From Trichosphaerium sp. ATCC 40318 (lineage: Eukaryota; Protista; Tubulinea), in the NCBI GenBank assembly GCA_038496445.1, contig JALMLS010000213.1, forward strand, positions 1 through 64,000: a stretch of 64,000 bases of DNA, read 5' to 3'. Of this stretch, positions 12,760 to 25,977 are shown one piece after another (the stretch's first letter is position 1; the number at the start of each line of letters is the position of its first letter). The notes under the pieces were generated by a model that was not told the DNA's origin, did no database searches, and worked only from the letters and a program-made list of their open reading frames with translations. A program made the translations under genes and the position numbers.

Positions 12760-14281
12760 TTAGTCTACAAAGTCTAAGTGTGGAAAGTGAAGTGTCACAG
12801 GAATTGTTTCGTCTGTTTGATAAGGTTCAGGACCATAGATAGGCAGATACGCATCAATCATTGCTTCATCAATTTTTGGATAAAGAAATATGAAGATAAA
12901 TGCGTCTTCTTTGACTATCTTTTCTCGTGCAAACATCTTATCACAGCGTTAGTAATAATGCTAGCGGTTTTTTGAGAAAACTCAAGGATAACTTACTGCT
13001 ACTTCCAAGAAGGCACACATTATATTACGGAGCTTTTTCCGCATTTGTGGATTTTTCACAAGGTCCAATGCATTGGGAATATCTTTTGGACTGTAACAGA
13101 AGTCAGTAATAAATAATTGGATAGAGAATGCAGTACTGAGTGTCAAACATAAAGTCGCATGTTACTCCATGTCTGTCATACTTCCAATCACGACAAAGTA
13201 CTGTAAACGTTGATGCTCCTTTTGTTCCCCGTTGAAGAAAGCCTTGTAGTAGCCTATATTTTTTTTTGAATACTGTATTCCATATGTAGTATTGAGATTT
13301 GGCCCATAACTCTTCAGCTAGAACAACATACTTCAGGTAAGGTACATTAACACAAGTACAAGCATACTCAAGTTGGCAAAATCCCAAAATTTTCCTGAAA
13401 TTGCTGCAATACACCTCTTCTTTACAACTTCAGGCCCAACATCGTCATCACTCCAACTAATTGCTGCTTCAAAACGGTTATCTTTATTCTTTGTAAATGT
13501 AACATGCTAATAAGTGAGGTTAGTTTGTACTGTGAAGCCCTAGTTGTGAACGTACCAAGGCGGCGCTGTCACAGTACTTTTCTAAAGCAGTTCTACCAAA
13601 TCTTGTCTGAACAAATACAGTGTCTGTTTCATTACCAATAACACTCATAGTTCTACCAACAAATGCCTAGTAGATCAAGTCAGCATTTTGTCAGGGCGAA
13701 AGAGTCATAGTGAAAGAACTTGCTGCTTTTCTTAGTTTAGATGCAAGAGACCTCAACTTTTTTTGTATTTCTTTGAGAAGGTATGTAGTTGCTACAATTG
13801 GAAGCTTGTGTACTAGATTGTTGTTAGTTCGCTAAACAGTAACGCACACGTGCCCACAAGCATATTTATATGCCTCCACACAACAGGTACGCCATAGTAT
13901 TCAGCTGCAAACCATAAGTTTGCAGGATCTTCAATACTTGTCTGTGCTTCTTTTCTCATCAAACTCAAGATTCTCGATAGATACTTTGAATGCCTGGTTT
14001 ATCAACAAAAGTAAGTACTACTAGTCTACGTGCGATGCCTACCTGCATTCCTCCAAAAGCGTTATTTCTGATGAGTTATCTTGTAATGACTCAAAATGTA
14101 CTTTAGACGCGAAAAGAGATGATGGATACTCATTTAGAAGCTCCTTCGATAGTGTGAAGCTAAAATCACCACATTTAAACTGTATTGAGCTTAATATAGG
14201 TTGTACTGATGTTTCTGTTTTAGTTACGCTTGTTTCAGCTGTTGGATTCAATTTTCGCTTCTTTTGTTGAGGTTCAGACAT
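12760..14281 (-). CDS. Clade A NLS-BTB family protein (A5)
   Basis: MSEPQQKKRKLNPTAETS; EELWAKSQYYIW exon; ends HFPHLDFVD*. Confidence 0.82.
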
Positions 14282-14524
14282 GCTTGGTGTCAGAAGTGGA
14301 GTTGCTTAGTTTATACTATTCTTCTTTCGAGTTGAAGTCTTAATCAGGAAAGGTCAGAAGACATGTGCTATCTCTAAGGTTTCACATTCACGCTTTGCAG
14401 CATTCTTTGTCTGTGTATGGCGTTACCAATCTCGAAGTTTGTTTGCTGTACGTATAGCAACAAGAATAACAACAAGGGAGTTTTAAAATTGGTTGCATTA
14501 GTAGTAGGTTTACATAATTATTTC

Positions 14525-15968
14525 CTATATCCTAGGTACTGTTTTGTCTTTTTGATATGTGGATCTATAGATAGGTAGATAGGCATCAAGCATAGCCTCA
14601 TCAATTTTTGGAAATGACAATGTGATGGTAAATACATTTGGAGTGTATATCTTTTCTTCCACAAACGTCTAATCAATTGTTAGCATAAGGAATAGACATA
14701 AAAGACAAACGCGAAACATACTGCTATATGCAACAGGATACAAAGCAAACCAACAAGCTTTCCTCGCATGAGTGGATTTTTCACAAGCGCCTTTACATTA
14801 GCTATATCATCTGGACTACAAATAGTTAGATAAAAAACACTTTATAGCAACGTACTGAGTATTAAGTATAAAATCATTAGGTATATTTGCTGCGCTGGTA
14901 TGCTTCCAATCACGACAAAGTATAATAAACCTTGATGCTCCTTGTGTTCCCTTAGCAAGATATTCCGGACGTACCCCTTCTTTTTTGTTAAAAATTGTGT
15001 GCCATGTACAATACTGAGATTTGGCCCATAACTCTTCTGCTAAAACAAGTATTAGGGAGTTTACTTAAAGATCAAGAACATACTCAAGTTTTGAAAATCC
15101 CAAAATTTTCCTGCAATTGCATCAATACCCCTCTTGTTTACAAGTTGAGGTCCAACTTCAGTGTCACTCCAACAAACTGTTGCTTCAATTTTTCCTTCGC
15201 TATCTTTTGTATATTTAACATGCTAACAGATGGGTTAGTTGTACTGTCAAGTACCAGCTGGAACCGTACCAAGGCACAGTCTTCACAGAACTTTTCTAAA
15301 GCAGTTCTACCAAATTTTGTATGGACAAATACGCAGTCTTTTTCATTACCGATAACACTTGTAGTTTTACCTGTAGCCGCCTATATACAAGATTGGAATT
15401 CTGTGTAAGTAGAAAAAAGCTTACGACACTTCTTAAGGTAGATTCCAGGGACTGAAACTCTTTTTGTATTTCTGATAGAAGGTATGTAATAACCATAATT
15501 GGAAGCTTGTTAGCTAGATTGGTCGTAAGCTTACTTAACCATTGCAAGCACGTGCCCACAGTCATATTTAGTGTTTCCCATCTAATAGGTACACCATAGT
15601 ATTCAGCTGCAAACCATAAACCTGCAGGATCTTCTATACTTGAGCGTTTTTCTCTTTTCATCAAACTCAAGATTGTCGGTAGATACTTTGAATGACTGGT
15701 TTTTTATCAGCGACACACGCATTGTGAATTATGAAGGAGTCTTTACGCACCTGCATTCCTCCAAAAGCGTTGTTGTTGATGAATTATCTTGTAGTGATTC
15801 AAAATGAACTTTAGACGCAAAAAAAGATGATGGATATGCGTTGAGAAGCTCCTCCGATAGTGTGAAGCTAAAATCTCCACAGTTAAACTGTATTGAGGTT
15901 TCTGTTTTTGCTGCGCTTGTTTCAGCTGTTGGATTCAATTTTCGCTTCTTTTGTTGAGGTTCAGACAT
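14525..15968 (-). CDS. Clade A NLS-BTB family protein (A6)
   Basis: Exon 1 is ORF 15729-15968; EDPAGLWFAAEYYGV; ends KDKTVPRI*. Confidence 0.82.
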
Positions 15969-16128
15969 GTTGTTGTCGTAAAAGTTTGCTTTGATTGAAA
16001 ATGAAAGTGTAATTTTAAGTCCGTAAACAGGAACTTGTCACATGCACTATCACGACAACATGTCTGAACCTCAACTAAAGAAGCGAAAATTGAATCCAAC
16101 AGCTGAAAACAAGCGCAGCAAAAACAGA
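15901..16128. repeat. ~77-bp inverted repeat: start of gene A6 duplicated head-to-head
   Basis: 16052-16128 (acgacaacatgtctgaacctcaactaaagaagcg...gcaaaaacaga) is the near-exact reverse complement of 15901-15979; ~70-bp spacer. Confidence 0.9.
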
Positions 16129-16424
16129 TTTTGAGTTGGCGGTGAGAAAACGTTAGAAACGCTAGATACTATGGTCCATAAACAACACCACATTGGAGGA
16201 GACCTCCGTCTCTTCGCTTGAACGCTTGGTCACAAGCCTGAGACCCTTGTTATTAAAGTCGCAGACAATAAAACAATCACCGAAAAAACTTAGCAACTAT
16301 CCTTCGGCGACTCCTGTATTCGGTAAACTAGCGTTGCACATTTATCTTCATGCAACTTGTGAATTGGTTAATTCGTAATCTTACATCTGTAGTTTATTGA
16401 TTCACTTGAGGTGATACATATTAG

Positions 16425-17950
16425 TTATCTCTTAGGCACAAAGTCTAAGTGTGGAAAATGTAGTGTCTCAGGAATTGTTTCATCTTTTTGATAAGGTTCA
16501 GGATCGTAGATAGGCAGATAATCATCAAGCACAGATTCATCAATTTTTGGATATGTAAATATGAAGATAAATGCGTCTTCTTTGACGATTTTTTCTTCCA
16601 CAAACGTCTGGTGCAAATTGTTAGTACAAAAGGGATTTTGCGAGTAAAACATCAAGATAACGTACTGCTACTTCCAAGAAGGCACACATCAGACGGCGGA
16701 GCTTATTTCGCATGCTTGGATTTTTCACAAGGTCCAATGCATTGGGAATATCTTTTGGACTGTAACAGAAGTCAGTAATAAATACTTTGATAGAGAGAAT
16801 GAGTACTGAGTGTCAAACATAAAATCACATGTTATTCCATGTCTGTCATACTTCCAATCACGACAAAGTACTGTAAACGTTGATGCTCCTATTGTTCCTC
16901 GTTGAAGATAGCCAGAAAGAAACCGCGGTTTCTTTGCATATACAGTATTCCATATGTAGTATTGAGATTTGGCCCATAACTCTTCAGCTAGAACAACATA
17001 CTTCAGTTAATGTACATTAACACAAGTACAAGCATACTCAAGTTGGCAAAATCCCAAAATTTTCCTGAAATTGCTGCAATACACCTCGTCCCTACAAGCT
17101 CAGATCCAACATCGTCATCACTCCAACAAATTGCTGCGTCAAACCGTTCATCGGTATCTTTTGTAAATTTAATGTGCTAGTAAGCGAGGTTAGTTTACTG
17201 TACTGTGAAACTTGTTGGAGCCATACCAAGGCAGCCCTTTCACAGTACTTTTTTAAGGCAGTTCTACCATATCTTGTCTGTATAAATAAACAGTCTTTTT
17301 CATTACCAATAACACTCATAGTTCTACCAACAGCCGCCTAGTATTTAAGATCAAAATGTGTATGGTAGTTGGTGCAGTAAGAACTTACTGCTTTTCTTAG
17401 GGTAGATGCAACGGACTTGAACTTTTTTTGTATTTTTTTGAAAAGGAACGTAGTTGCCACAATTGGAAGCTTGTTTACTAGATTGCCGTAAGCTTGCCGA
17501 AAATTAATGTACACGTGCCCACAAACATATTTAGTTTTTCCCATTCGACAGGTACACCATAGTATTCAGCTGCAAACCATAAATTTGCAGGATCTTCTAT
17601 ACTCGACAGTATTTCACTTTTCATCAAACTCAAGATTGTCGGTAGATACTTTGAATGGCTGATTTTCGTTAAAAAATGCATCTATAAATACTACAGAGTC
17701 TTCGCACATACCTACATTCCTCCAAAACGGTTGTTGCTGATGAATTATCTTGTAGTGACTCAAAATGGACTTTTGATGCGAAAAGAGATGATGGATACGC
17801 GTTGAGAAGCTCCGCTGATAGTGTGAAGCTAAACTCACCACATTTAAACTGTATCGCACTTTCTTTTGGTGCTACTAACGTTTTTTTATTTGCTGCGGTT
17901 GGTACAGTCTTGGGATTCAGTTTTCTCTTCTTTTTTTGTGGTTCAGACAT
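16425..17950 (-). CDS. Clade A NLS-BTB family protein (A7)
   Basis: Exon 1 is ORF 17669-17950; the last exon lies in ORF 16425-16655 (HFPHLDFVPKR*). Confidence 0.82.
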
Positions 17951-18089
17951 TACGTTATCGTTACAACCACTTAAATGCGTTGATTAAGCAAGTATTTGTA
18001 AAAGAAAACCATTTTTACGTTATTATTTATTCAAGTCTTTGCTGTTGCGGACTGTTTTAAACATTTGGCAAAGTAGATCTTCGTCTGGT

Positions 18090-18790
18090 CTTGGTTCTTG
18101 TACAATGTCGCGTGTTTGCATCTTTGTTTGGATATGCTCGAGACTAGGGTCGTACTGATTTTCGACATTTTGCTACACGTGCTCTTCTAATTTTTGCATA
18201 TGCCGAGACCCTGATTTGAGAAAAGTCGTCGTGGCTATCAAACAAATGAGGTTTGAAATATTATACCAGATACGCACATTGGTATGTCAAAGTGAATGTT
18301 TAGCACCACGCCTGTGATTTGGCGTTCAGTATTCGTTTTCGAAAAACCAAACTCGTAAGCTTGTATGTCTACCTGTTCTTCATATGCAATGGCAATGGCT
18401 ATGTCATATGCTCTAACAGGCTGCCAGTTTACAAATACAGCGGTTGCCCACAACCTCTCGCCTAGACACAGTAAATAATGAAAATAGATCAGTAACGTAT
18501 ACTGTACAAACAATTCTGAAACCCATTAGACACATGGAAACCTTGCCGCATATGTACTGACAAGGATGTTAAATTTGAATCCTTATCCAGATAGAGATAA
18601 GTATTTGTTTTAGAATCTACCTTACATGCTATGTTATGCATGATGCTTATCGGTGATTAACAAATAAAACACTATGTCAAAATAGGTGGCCAAAAAGGTG
18701 CCAATGGGCACCACGTAGCGCCATTTCCCTGAAACCCACTAATTTTCTCCCATTATTCATAACCACCATTATCCGTAACACCTAGGTTCA
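18090..18790 (-). pseudogene. Clade B fragment
   Basis: Exon GERLWATAVFVNWQPVRAYD...VVLNIHFDIP (ORF 18238-18513) is paralogous to 21376-21645. No intact 5' part found. Confidence 0.55.
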
Positions 18791-19210
18791 ACGTTTGATT
18801 TATTTTGCAGATAGCTATTTTGTAGTTGAACAATATAACACTAAATTGTTTACCAAATACCAAATACTTGGCAAGACGATAGATTTGTTATCATCACTTA
18901 CATGTTTGTAGACTATCAACAGTCACTGCAATGCTTCAAAATTGCTAGTTTTGCGCTAGTGTGTCAAGTTTAAAATGTTACAAGATTCACCGAAATATTA
19001 GCATTGCGTGTCATACGATTCAAGTGTCAAATGTCATTTTGTTCAGTGAAAGTAAAGTGTCACCTTTCAAAGTGAACAACTGATTCAAAACTGGTAGGCA
19101 TCTATAGCATCAATGTAGTTACTAAACCTAAAGGAGGATTCATTTGACATTTACCATTCCGTTTTCGGAATTTATTCATACAATTAAACCTAATAGTTTA
19201 TGTACTATTT

Positions 19211-19631
19211 CTAACTACCTGGAAGAGTTTGATCTTCAGCATATGGGGCGATGTATGTTTGTAAATCATCGAGCATTGTTCGGATTGACAGCGTCACTAT
19301 ATACATTTTTTCGCCAGTACCCATCTTCAACAAGAGTCTGTATGAACGTTTAGTATGAGTTGTAAATATATTAAATATACATACAGCCAGCTCCAAGAAT
19401 GAGCACAATACGCTTGCAGGGTACAATAATTGTATAAAGCAATGTACAAATTCGACAACTTTCAAAAATGTCCTGAAACTGCTACACATCTTTCCTTCAA
19501 TATCCAATTCCTGGTCTGACCAATATATTGTAACCTCATCAACGGTATTATTGCCTTTAGTGTACTTAGAGGACTGGTAAACTATTAGCATTTAAATCTC
19601 TTGTTTACTATACATACCAAGCTGTGTTGTT
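19211..19631 (-). pseudogene. Clade A internal fragment, closest to A11 (27713)
   Basis: SKYTK..VDEVTIYWSDQELDIE and ASVLCSFLELAV match A11, but exon 6 is deleted and frameshifts are present; the 5' half is missing. Confidence 0.8.
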
Positions 19632-19762
19632 AATTTCCAGAACTGACAAGATCCGTCAGATCTTGTAGTTTTTGACAGATCTTGCAAGAACTAACAAGAT
19701 CTTGTAACAACTAACAGAAGTTCCAAGATCTGTCAATTTTGTTAGTTCTTGCAAGATCTTAC
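19632..19762. repeat. AGATCT-rich short-unit repeat with a perfect 21-bp inverted repeat
   Basis: Multiple (c)aagatct(tg)/aactaaca units; agatcttgcaagaactaacaa (~19677) and ttgttagttcttgcaagatct (~19739) are exact reverse complements. Confidence 0.8.
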
Positions 19763-20054
19763 ACTCTGATACTTCTAACCTGTAGCAAACTTGAATGATA
19801 CGGATATTAGTAAAACTTGAATATATCAAACTTTTTAGTAATTACACCAATGGTGGCTAGTACACGCCATGTACAATACAAAGGCTCACGTAGCAATCAA
19901 TTATAACGTGTACACAAGAAATAGTAAAAGAACAAGATTGTACATATTAGTACTACAATGGCATTGTAGAAGAATTAAGGAGTCAAATTTCGTTTTTTGA
20001 CAATTCTGGGTTCCATTAATATTTCTTGCATGTTTTATCGATTCACAGTCTACG

Positions 20055-21262
20055 CTATCTTGGCGTCTTTGGAATTGTTTGATCGTTTTGATATGGCTCA
20101 GTACAAAAGATAGGTAGGTAAGATTCAAGCATAGCCTCATCAATTTTTGGATATGACAATGTGATGGTAAGCACGTCTACATGGTGTACTTTTTCTTCCA
20201 CAAACGTCTTAATACAACAGGTTAGTACAAAAGGTTAGTACACGATGATTGTGGGATAAATTAAACATAACTTACTGCTATATCCAAGAAAGCACACAAC
20301 AAACTTCTGAGCTTGCTTCTCATGCGTGGATTTTTCACAAGTTCCTCAGCATTGGCTATATCTTTTGGACTGCAACAAAGTCAGTTATAAATACTTGATA
20401 GAGAGAATGCAGTACTGAGTGTCAAGCATAAAATCGCAGGGTATTCTTGTTGGATTGTCATACTTCCAATCACGACAAAGTACTGTAAATGTTGATGCTC
20501 CTTTTGTTCCCTTTTGAAGATAGAGTGGACGCATCCTGTCTCTTTTTTTGAATACCGTGTTCCATGTATAATATTCAGATTTGGCCCATAACTCTTCAGC
20601 TAAAACAACATACTTCAGGTAAGGTACATTAACACAAGTACAAGCATACTCAAGTTTGCAAAATCCCAAAATTGTCCTGAAATTGCATTCATACATCTCG
20701 TCTCTACAACTTCCCTTCCAACTTCTTCGTCACTCCAATAAACTGTTGCTTCAACTACATTATTATTTTTGTCTGTTGTGTATTTAACATGCTAACAGAT
20801 AGGTTAGTTTGAATCGAAGCACTTGTAGAAAGCATACCAAGGCATAGTAGCTACAGTACTTTTCTAAAGCAGTCCTACCAAATTCTGTTTGTACACAAAT
20901 GGTGTCTTGTTCAGTGCCAATAACGCTCATAGTTTTACCTAATGCCGCCTATACATAAGATCAGAACTCTACAGCTGCAGCTAAAGCTTACTTCTGTTCT
21001 TAGGTTAGATTCAAAGGACTTGAACGCCTTTCGTATTGTTTCTAGAACGAATGTAATAGCCATAATTGGAAGCTTGTTAGCTAGATTGTCGTAAGCTTGC
21101 TGAATAATAGTATACACGTGCCCACAATCATATTTAGTTTTTCCCATCGAATAGGGACACCATAGTATTCAGCTGCAAACCATAAACCTGCAGGATCTTC
21201 AACACTTGAACGTTTTTCTCTTTTCATCACACTCAAGATTATCGGTAGAAACTTTGAATGAC
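20055..21262 (-). pseudogene. Clade A copy lacking exon 1 (A8), exons 2-8 apparently intact
   Basis: Starts at HSKFLPIILSVMK. Upstream lies the 3' part of a clade B gene instead of exon 1. Exon 6 is nearly identical to that of A3. Confidence 0.7.
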
Positions 21263-21339
21263 TTTTTGTCTGTTAGTATGAAAACTTGTTAGGTAATGTA
21301 GTGGTACTTTAGATGAGTGTTGTTTAGTGTTTGTAGCGC

Positions 21340-22737
21340 GTACTGCTTTTTTCACTAGTTCAGTTAAGTACTCTTTTAATTTTCTACAATGAAGCGAGTT
21401 TTTCGATTGAACAAAAAAATCATTGAGCCTAAACATAATGAGGTTTGAAACGTTAAGTCAGATACTTGCAAGTATACTTGGAAGTCTATGTTTGCCTCCA
21501 CATTTTGGATGGTACTTGTAATATTCCTTACAGAGATACCAAACGAGACAGCTCGCTTGTCAACTTTAACGTTGTAGTTTCTACTAATTTCTGCCTCATA
21601 TTTAGTTACCTGGCTCCAATTCTCGTACACAGCTCTTGCCCACAACCTTTCACCTAGAGAAAGGTTAATGGTTTAAATTCACCCTTCATACACAGGCTTT
21701 TGCACTGGTCCCAGCGGCCTTCCTTGATATCATCGTAATGATTTTGCTTTATGTTCTCACTTATTTGTGAGTCATCCCATATAAAGCGCACAGATTTTGC
21801 ACTTATAGCGTACGACTAAATGTATTATTTGTGGTTTGCTAGATAAAGTCGTACTAAATTAAAGTTTGGATCGTTGCAGTATGCGTCTAACACCGCTTTG
21901 CCATTGACAGACGCCAAATACTCCGTACTACTATCCAACTCGAACGAATATTCAAACCAACCCAAATGTGCCTTTGAAAACAAATTAGCAAGTACTGTGT
22001 AATCAATCAACTTACTACTCCGACTAGTTTCGACTTTATTTGGTCTATAAACACCTGCGCCACACACATTGTTTCTGATGGCGACAAACCTGAATCAGAA
22101 CTTAATATAACAGCTCTAGAAACAAAACGTACTCCCTGGAAGTCGTACACCAAAATAATTCAGTGCATCGTTCAACTCTTCAATGGTAGCTACCTCACTC
22201 GGCGCTAATTGAGGATTTGGTTGTTGCATAATCTCCACAACCGTTGGGAGAAGATTAAAATACCTATACATAGTAAGAAATAAAGCACGTATCAATCGGT
22301 GTACTTTTCGTCCGTTAATCTAATTATCTCGTTCCCATTGCTGGCAAGAAACTCATCCGCAAACATAGAGCCCTCATACTTTCGCAGTTGATCTCTTGTT
22401 AACGAGAAATCATAGTCACGCATGACAAATAAAATCGGTTGGGCTACTTCTACTGGAGGAGTAGGTGGAGTAGGAGGAATTGCAGACTGTACAGTCCTTA
22501 TATAAGGTCAGAACGTTCAATTTGTGAGTGAGTACGTACCAATCTTCATCGGTTGACCAAAAAACACGTTGAATATTAGGGTCTGCGAAGTTAATAGTGT
22601 TGTCACTCTCAAGGTGTTCTTTACTACGTCAACAAATAGCTTTGAATCGGTTTACTACACGCACCAAACATACTATCTACATAGCCGCTATTGTTTTCAA
22701 ACGTCTCATTTTCCTTTGTTCTCTTCGGCGCACTCAT
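21340..22737 (-). CDS. Clade B BTB-like protein with Pro-rich linker; last exon apparently lost
   Basis: MSAPKRTKENE...IPPTPPTPPVEVAQPILFVMRDYDFSLTRDQLRKYEGSMFA...ALNYFGV...ERLWARAVYENW; runs into A8 intron 1. Confidence 0.6.
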
Positions 22738-23399
22738 TGCTGAAGCTGTTGTTGGAACAAATAATTAAACTAGTTTTGATTGATAGCTATACAAATGATG
22801 AATATTTACCAGGATAGTTGACGTACAAAGGTACTGTTTGTAATTGAAAAAGACTCTGAAATCTTTTCGTTCACAAAAAAGTTCACCAGACTTTAAAGTA
22901 AGAGTCAGCTTTTAAGTACCTATCAAAGCTCTCTACCAAAAGAAACGTCTTGTACCGATTAGGAATTGTTACGGCTTGGTCGTTTCGCAGTATAACACAC
23001 TATTTGCGCGCCAGTAGCGCTACGCAACGATTTAGCGCCATAAGGCCAATTATAGCTGTAAAAACCACAATTCGGACCAAATAACCTCACTGCTGCTGGG
23101 AGATACTTCTAATGCGCTGATCTTCTGTCCTTTCCTAATAAGGACCTAAAAATGTGACCATTTTGTGGCTTGCCAATGGTCGTTTTTATTTCAAAACCTT
23201 TGTGTTGAGGACTACGCAAGGTGGTGATAACGAGCATATTTACTGACTGTAAAAAAATTGTTTAACCTAAATGCAAAACTGTAATTATTTCAATATTGAA
23301 AAAAACGACTATTGAAGAAGCTTACTGTTGGCAGCATATGAAATAACGCTTGATAGAGATACCAGTAGCTGCCATCTGTAACTGACCAAGTCATAATAG

Positions 23400-24066
23400 A
23401 AGAATAGTAAGCTCAGGACCAACTTCAGTGGCCAAACTAATTCGTCTTTATCTTTGACGTCTGCTGAGGTTATTAAATATATTGTTCGATATTTCTAATG
23501 CTTCTCCGCCTGTTCTGAAATTAGTTACTTGACTTGTACGTGTGCATCAACATACAGGAATATTAAGCGCATCTTGTATTCCAAAGCTCTTGTGCTTGCT
23601 TGAGTACGTCAACGGTAACAATTGTCAGCTAAGTTACTACACTCGCCAGTATTTGAAGTATTGTGTCACGTGTGCCATAAAGTTCAGCTAAATCTCCATA
23701 GAAAGTTATTTAACTGCAAACCATAAATTGGTAGGATCTTTAATACCTTCTATTTCATGTTTCATTTTTTATTGGCAGATTTTGAATGGCTTTGTCGTAA
23801 CGTTAAAAGAGCGCGTGTTATTTGATTGTACGTACCTACATTCCTCCAAAATCGTTGTTGTTGATGAATTATCTTGTAATGATTCAAAATGTACTTTAGA
23901 CGCGAAAAAAGATGACGAATACGCGTTTAGAAGGTCCTGTGATAGTGCAAAGCTAAAATCACCACATTTAAACTATTTCCGCTTGAGTTGTTGATACAGT
24001 CGCTTCAGCGTTAGTTTCAGTGCTAGGATTTAATTATCGCTTCTTTTTTTGGTGGCTTGGAACATT
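23400..24066 (-). pseudogene. Decayed clade A copy (A9)
   Basis: Exon-1 core CGDFSFALS...SKVHFESLQDNSSTTTILEEC is still clear. The NLS region, exon 2 and later exons carry stops and deletions. Confidence 0.8.
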
Positions 24067-24345
24067 ATGCTGGCACATTAACGACTTAATGTAAGGGATG
24101 TCAGGAGAAATGATGCCGAGATGAAAGAAAATGTGAAATTTCAAGCACAATTTTTTTTGAACAAATGAAACAGCCTTGTAGTCTCAAGTACTGTGAATAA
24201 CCTCAAAACACGTGATAATTAGTTGCAAAAAAAAAGAGTGCGCAACGATCAATCAAGCTGCGGTAACGATCCAATAGCGTATTGTTTGTGCATGCCAACC
24301 AAAGCCATCCTTTCAAAGTTACATTAAATTTATATGCGAAACATC

Positions 24346-25794
24346 TCACATATTATTAGGCCTCTTGTACGGTGTGAGATAGATAGGTAAGTAAGAGTCC
24401 ATAAACTCGTTACTGATTTTTGGCACTGATAGCGTGATTCTTAGTGTACATTCACTTACAACCTCGTCTTTGATAAAATTCTACACATATACTAAGGAAA
24501 AAAAGTGTGAAAAGCAACGTACTGCTGTCTCCAAGAACATACACAATAGAGTAGCAAGCTTTTTTCTCATTTGGTCATCTTTTACTACATTCTCAGCACT
24601 AGCTGATTGGTCTGTACTACTCCCATGTTAGCCAACAAACTCAAACAAGCACAACATACAATACTTTTAGCGCATAATCATGGTAGAGATCATCTGGAAT
24701 GTCTGTACCTCTTGAGTGATAAAGTAGCACAAATTCTGTGTCTCCTAGTGTTGCGTGCTCAACATAGGCCTTAATTAAAGTCTGTTTACTACCGAGTAGA
24801 GGTTCCCATCTGTGGCGTTGTGTCTTGGCCCAAAGCTCTTCCGCTAGATTGTGTATAATTAGGAAGTGTAGTACAAGTTAGTTCGATACTACAATACATA
24901 CTGAGGCTAGTGTAGTCCCATTTCACGCCAGAGATTGCTTGAATTCTTCGCTTCTGTACAACTTCAGGACCAACTTCATCGTCTGTCCAAAATACTGTTA
25001 ACTGGTCAGCATTACCCTTTTCATCTTTCAAGTATTTATAAAACTAATAGAGGTTAGTAATACTTTAAGTATTTTTGAAACTCAGTACCAAGTTACATTG
25101 GTTAAAGTACTTTTTAAGTAACGTTTTACCGGTTTCTGTCTTTAGATAAATTGTGTACGCTGTTGCACTACTGTTTGCTCGACAAACAAAGTATCTATCT
25201 TGACCAAAGTGTGCCTAAGACACGTTAGCACTTCATAGCTTGAAATACTTTACCTTATCACGCAGGTCAACTTGTAGGTATTCCCAGAGTGACTGAACAC
25301 GTTCAAGAATATTGGTGACAACTAGAATTGGTAGCTTGCTCGCTAAACAGCTGTCATTATTTAAGTTACAGAGTATTGTTCGTGCCAAATGGAATGTTTA
25401 TATCTTTCCATACAATGGGTACACCATAGTATTCTGCTGCAAACCATAAACCTGCAGGATCTTCAAAACTTGTGATTTCTTCGTTTCTCATCAAACTCAA
25501 GATTTTCGGGAGATGCTTTGAATGGCTGTTTTTGAGTAAGCGTGGCTTACAATAAAGCAAGGGTTAATATGCGTACCTACACTCCTCCAATAGCGTTGTT
25601 TTTGTTGAATTATCTTGTAATGATTCAAAATGTACTTTAGACGCGAAAAGAGACGATGAATACGCGTTAAGATGCTCTTTCGACAGCGCAAAGCTAAAAT
25701 CACCACATTTAAAATTAGTTGCGGTTTCTGTTGTTGTGTTGGCCGTTTCAGATGCCGGATTCAATTTTCTCTTCTTTTTTTGTGGCTCAGACAT
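24346..25794 (-). CDS. Clade A NLS-BTB family protein (A10)
   Basis: Exon 1 is ORF 25564-25797; FWTDDEVGPEVV; ends PYKRPNNM*. Confidence 0.8.
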
Positions 25795-25977
25795 CATGTA
25801 ACCGGTTTCAAGCGTAAAGAAAAGTTGTGACTCAAAGTCGTGAAGACTCCAAGAAATTATTATGGCACACCTGAAGGAAACAACAAACTCGCAACATCAA
25901 AGGAGAATAGTTTATTAGTGGAATGAGATTTGGTGAGGGTTTAGGCAACTTGACCGAAAATGAACCTAGATGTTTTA

